This document shows positions 59,079-64,000 of a stretch of 64,000 bases of DNA, one piece after another. A program made the position numbers and the translations under genes. The stretch is from positions 39,742,001 to 39,806,000 of the forward strand of contig OZ231126.1 in NCBI GenBank assembly GCA_965153355.1, in the 5' to 3' direction. Every line of letters begins with the position of its first letter. The first letter of the stretch is position 1. The notes beneath the pieces are model-generated. The model was not told where the DNA came from and did no database searches. It saw nothing but the letters and a program-made list of their open reading frames with translations. This stretch comes from Flaccisagitta enflata (lineage: Eukaryota).

Positions 59079-59638
59079 CTGGGTTGGCTGATTTGAGGCA
59101 GACTAGGCCTGACAGGGCTGATTTGAGATGTTAGTGGGCTGATTTAAGGTCTGATAGGGCTGCATAAAGGCCTGTGAGGGCTGATCTGAGGTCTGAAAGG
59201 GCTGGTCAGGAGTTGAGAGGGTTGATATTATTCCTGAGGAGGCCGGGCTGATTTGAGTGCTGAAAGACTCAGGAAGGCGGTTTTTTGGTCAAAGGGACGT
59301 AATGAAAGGCCTGAGAAAGCAGATTTGGGGCTTTTGGGCAGCGTTTCCCAAGGGGATGAAGTCCTATAGAACACAGGGGGACTTTTGTATGTTTGTCCGT
59401 GCGTTGGTTTGTCCGTTTGTGGTGTATGGGGCCTGGTATGAAGCCTGAGAGGCCTGATTACAAGCCTGAGAAGCCAATTTGAGGCTTGATTTTAGCTCTA
59501 AAAGATTCTATAAGGGGTGGGACAAACAACAAACGGACAGACGGACGCACATACAAACATACAAAAGTCCCCATTTGTTCTATAGGACTTCATCCCCTTG
59601 GGAAATGCTGCCCCAAAGCCCCAAATCTGCTTTCTCAG

Positions 59639-59945
59639 TAGAGTGGTCCGGAATTGGGTCAAATTTTATATAATGATATACTTGAGCCCTTTGCACAAAT
59701 GTCCATTAAAAGAAGGATTTCTCACAAGCTGGGGTATGAAATCAAACAAGAAACCTTGTCGGCAAAACTATAGGGTTGCTATGGGGATTTTTTCATTGCC
59801 ATAGGAAGCCTATAGTTTTGCCGCCATGGTTTAATCTTCAAATTCAGACCTCTACTTGTGGGAAAACCTTCTTTTTTGGTACATTTATGCAAAAATCTAG
59901 AGTATATCATTTTTTGAAATTTGACCCTATTTCATGACCACCCTA
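59639..59945. mobile_element. Central palindromic segment/MITE of the foldback element
   Basis: tagagtggtc...ggcaaaactatagg mirrored by cctatagttttgcc...gaccacccta, centre ~59790. Confidence 0.65.
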
Positions 59946-62639
59946 TTTCTCAGGCCTTTCATTAGCTCTTTTTGACTAAAAAACAGCCTCCCTGAGTCTC
60001 TCAGCACTCAAATCAGCCCGTGCCTCTCAGGAATAATATCAACCCTCTCAACTCCTGACCAGCCCTTTCAGACCTCAGATTAACCCTCTCAGGCCTTTAT
60101 CCACCCCTATCAGACCTTAAATCAGCCCACTAACATCTCAAATCAGCCCTGTCAGGCCTAGTTGGCCTGAAATCAGCCAACCCAGGCCTCAAAATCCAAT
60201 TGAGGCTGAAATCTCAGCCTGTAAAATACTCCCTTACAAGATCGCTTCCCCTCTCACCATCTTAACCCCATATACTGAATATGTCAGTGTGTCATGCATA
60301 AGATTTTGGTCACGTATATGGGACTAAAGCCTGCTATCCCCATCCATCTGTCCATTGGCCATGTTTCACTTTTTTCATGTTCTTATTCTTTGACCACACT
60401 GCTCATATACAAATGGTCTATTGACCTTAAATACAGCCCCTGCCAACCTACACGCAACATGGATAGCCATGTATCCTTCCTCTTTTCTCCTTCAAGCAAT
60501 CGGTCTGAATATCCTGACAGCTCAATAAGATTAACTTTGAACAAAATGTGTGGGAGCAGTTGATAGAACATTCCAGCATACATTATGTGATGTGGTGTTA
60601 CCAGTAATGGCGGTTATCCCCCTGAGGATAAAAGTTGTAAGCATTAGTCAATTTTCACTAAGCTTTTGTTGTCCCTCTTTGCAAATGTTTTTTATTTGTT
60701 AGATCAAATCAAGCACAGTTGTATGTATAGATTGCACTGAAGAACAAAGAAAAATAGGACTTAGCCAAATGAGCTAGATAAGCTAAAACACTCAAAATCA
60801 CACAACCAGACAAGTAGCTATGCTCACTGACGTGTTTTTTTTGTATTTGCATGCTCACATCAAAATATCTGTTTTTACCCATTGAAAATTTAAAATAACG
60901 ACCAAGCTAAATGAGCTAAATAAGTTAGAATACTTAAAAACACCCTAACAGATGAGCAGCTATGCTCATTGATTTGCTTTCTTGTATATTTTCTTGCATG
61001 CATATATATCAAAATATTCATTCATTTACTGCATTTTAAATCAGAAAAAATAAGACAGAGCTAAATGAGCTAAATGAGCTAGAATGCTCAAAAACACTCT
61101 AACAGATGAGCAGCTACATTCACAAACTTGTTTTCTTGTATTTGCATGCCCAAACAAACTTGAGTACATTCTTTTATTGATGCTATACAATATCAAAAAA
61201 ATTGAAAAAAAATCTTTAAAATTTTTTTGTAAAAAAATCTTTAAAAATTCTTTACTTAAAAAATATTTGTCATAGAGAATTCTATTTGGCGCCAAATGAA
61301 ACAACTATCAAATTTATTTACCCCATAAATTTCATTGGAGGCCCAAATCCGTTGGATGAGTTCCTCAAATTTGCATAAGAAAATGAAAACCATATTTTTC
61401 TCGAATATGTCAAAAATTTGAAGACTGACTTTAACTTTTTTCTAGACAAGGTCATCGCAAGTGGGTGTCCAGGTATGCCCCCCCCTCACACACACACACT
61501 CACACACACACACTCACACACACTCACACATACACACACACACATACACATACAGAGAACCGAGGTGTCTAAAGTACGCATTTTTGCATTTTTCAACTTA
61601 ATCATATTGGACCAATCAATGGACTGATGAACACACCAGCAGACAGAAAAAGCCTCCTGTTGCGCCGCGAGTCCAAAATCTATGCATTTTTTGATGGTTT
61701 CAAGATCAAAAGAAAGTAATTGGAATTCATTGATGACTGATATCCTCCAGTACGCGTGAAAAAATCAACCAACATACTGCCCAAACAGAAGTTGGATAAA
61801 AACAAAGAATAATCAATTTTTTGCCTTCAAAAAAATTTCCCAGCGGGTGATTGGTGTTCCACAAGTGGTATATGATACTTCTGCACCGGTCGCGGCTCTG
61901 GGCACTCAAAACTGTCTTTGTCTATGTATCGTGACACTGTGTCCTATTACTAGACAAAGGATTTGGGAGTTTTGCAACAAGGCTGAGATGAAGAGCCCAA
62001 AAGCCTGAGATATTGGCTCCAATGCAATGTTGGGATAGGGTTGTGAAAAAAATTCTTTCTGTGGATCATATGCTCTGGATTTTCAAACAGATATGAAACT
62101 TGGCCAACAGTCCTTAAAAACATAAAGGTGTGCTTAGGCTTATGCCTTATTGCTAAAATATTTCTACAGGCTGGTCAAAATGAGCTTGAATATTGAATTC
62201 TTTTTTTCTTCTTTTTAGTTGCGGACACGCAACTGTAAAAGAGGCTTTGTCCGTCCGTCCGTCCGTCCGTCCGTCCGTCCGTCGGTCCGTCCGTCGGTCC
62301 GTCCGTCGGTCCGTAACCCACAAGTCGAAAAGTGGGAGAACGAGCGTTGTAGATGCTTTTTTGGGTATGTGTGTTATTAGGGGGGTATGAGGTGTGGATG
62401 GGGGTTGGATGCCCCTGCCCACCCGTCCGCAACGGTATTGTGACCCCGCGTCACTTGCTTTCTTCAATTTTTTCTTCCTTCTTTTTTCCTTTCTTTCTTT
62501 TTTCTGTTCTTTTGTTGCAAATCTTAGTTTACAAACGTTTGCTCTAGGTAGCGTAGTAGCAGGACGAAATTTACCAGATAACAAAAGGCTTATCACATTC
62601 TGACAAGGCCGGATACGCGGCAATCCAGTCGCGGACGGT

Positions 62640-63120
62640 AGATGACGACACAAAGTTTCTGGGGCTGCCTTCTGACTTGTTGGTGAGGCAACTGGCCATC
62701 GCCGCCACCGCCACTCTCTCCGGATTGGGCCCTTTCAGTTTCACCCATCCTCTTTTCAATTCCTTCCTCCGCCTCTTTTCTCTTTTGATTTCATTCAAGA
62801 GTTTTTCTTCTAGGGCGCTTTTCTCTCTTTCTCTGACCTCCTTCTCCCTTTTGAGCTCCACCACCAGCTCCTTGGCCTCCTCCTCCATGCTGGCGCAATG
62901 GGATAACTTCTCCTCTACTTGGTTTCGCGCCCACTCTTCCTCTTCCAGTCGGTCGCGTAGCTGAGTCAGTTCTCCCCTCATCCACTCACCTTCCTCCACC
63001 AATTTGGTAATTTTCTCCTCCATCCTTGCCGCTATTTTCCTTTCCCGATGGCGTCGTGAACTGGGCCGAGCGTGACACTGCGGTAAACCTCTATCCCGTG
63101 GACGTTGCAACAACGCCATT
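62640..63120 (-). other. Intronless GC-rich coiled-coil ORF fragment (possible retroelement ORF1/gag or captured gene piece) abutting a HINE 3' end
   Basis: MEEKITKLVEEGEWMRGELTQLRDRLEEEEW...LKREKEVRERE E/K/R-rich frame within ORF 62571-63203; its last codons come from HINE sequence 62603-62638. Confidence 0.4.
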
Positions 63121-63280
63121 TTCCGCCATGTGGCGTAACGATGCAATTCATTGCAATATTGTGTCGGGGACGGTACGGTATGGGACGGGTCCTCAATTAT
63201 CATAAGTATCTGTATTTTCTCATCTGTGGTTACAACTTCAAAAATACGCTAGACAATCTCACATTTTTAAGGAGGACATA

Positions 63281-63813
63281 CAGTAGATCTCGTCTAGACT
63301 TGAGATAACGGGGGCAGGCATTGTGGAAAGACAAATGAAGGCAGGGGAGCGATATTTGGATCATAGACTAATCAAAGGATGCTTAATTCCCCATGATAGC
63401 TGGTTGCCATGGAAATATATTTCCATGTATTCTCGCTAAAATATCAATATTTGGAGAGATTTTTTTTAAGGAACATTGCTTAAAATGAAATTTGCAACTT
63501 TCACAGTATGTTCTGTAAGAATGTCGCTCGTTTGGCCATTGCTAGGAGCGTATCACGAGACACCCTTACAGCTATACGAGCGACATTCTTACAGAACATA
63601 CTGTGAAAGTATGTAAACTTTTAAGAAATGTTCCCTCAAAATTCTCGAAATATTGATATTTTAGCAAAAATACATGCGTTTCTATGGCAACCAGATATCA
63701 TGGGCAATAAAGCATCCCTTTATTAGTCCATGTTTCAAATATCACTCCCCTGGCTTAATTCGTTCCTCTACAATGCTTGCCCCCGTTGTCTCAAGTCTAG
63801 ACGAGATCTACTG
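63281..63813. mobile_element. Palindromic Tc1/mariner-type MITE (TA TSD)
   Basis: TIR cagtagatctcgtctagacttgaga... with arms folding around ~63555; TA flanks. Confidence 0.85.
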
Positions 63814-63861
63814 TATCACTTGTCAGACTGATGGACATACAGACAAGGAGATATAAGCAGG

Positions 63862-63931
<70 letters not shown>

Positions 63932-64000
63932 TACTTCTTTTCCCAATTTTATTTCTTTTATTTCTTCTTTTTATTTCTTTTTTTCTTAATTTTTTCTTCC

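Larger units (their letters stand above)
56514..61941. mobile_element. 5.4-kb foldback non-autonomous DNA transposon, CACAGTG termini, 4-bp TSD (Chapaev/Transib-like)
   Basis: Arms 56514-~59320 and ~59946-61941 are diverged reverse complements; TSD tcct at 56510-56513 and 61942-61945; no transposase ORF. Confidence 0.85.

Noticed and set aside
56518-61909. Paired similar ORFs on opposite strands (56546/61727, 57800/60383, 57820/60294)
   Set aside because: Mirror products of the foldback arms, not genes; no transposase motifs.

Overview
AT-rich, microsatellite- and MITE-dense animal (invertebrate-type) genomic DNA; there is no prokaryotic content, rRNA, tRNA or CRISPR. I built two spliced genes by hand, both on the + strand. 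(1) An atypical dual-specificity phosphatase (DUSP3/13/26/DUPD1 group; HCVQGISRS active site). Its core exons lie at 41529-52829, three candidate alternative N-terminal exon sets lie at 8.1, 28.3 and 35.5-37.0 kb, and it probably has a low-complexity C-terminal extension to 55530. (2) Nested on the same strand inside the 8.6-kb intron that splits the phosphatase domain, a 5-exon, ~565-aa secreted multi-peptide precursor. It has a signal peptide, a hevein-type chitin-binding domain, seven variable single-disulfide C-X6-8-C cores separated by a conserved acidic LSE(S/A)DD..(A/V)R spacer, two copies of QQRYPWNYP and a C-terminal GK amidation signal. This precursor is the best candidate for an undescribed system (defence/toxin/signalling peptide library). 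The rest is non-autonomous DNA transposons: Helentron/DINE-1-like elements, TA- and 8-bp-TSD MITEs, and two CACAGTG-terminated elements with 4-bp TSDs, one a 5.4-kb foldback with RSS-like ends. All gene models are sequence-only predictions with no transcript support.
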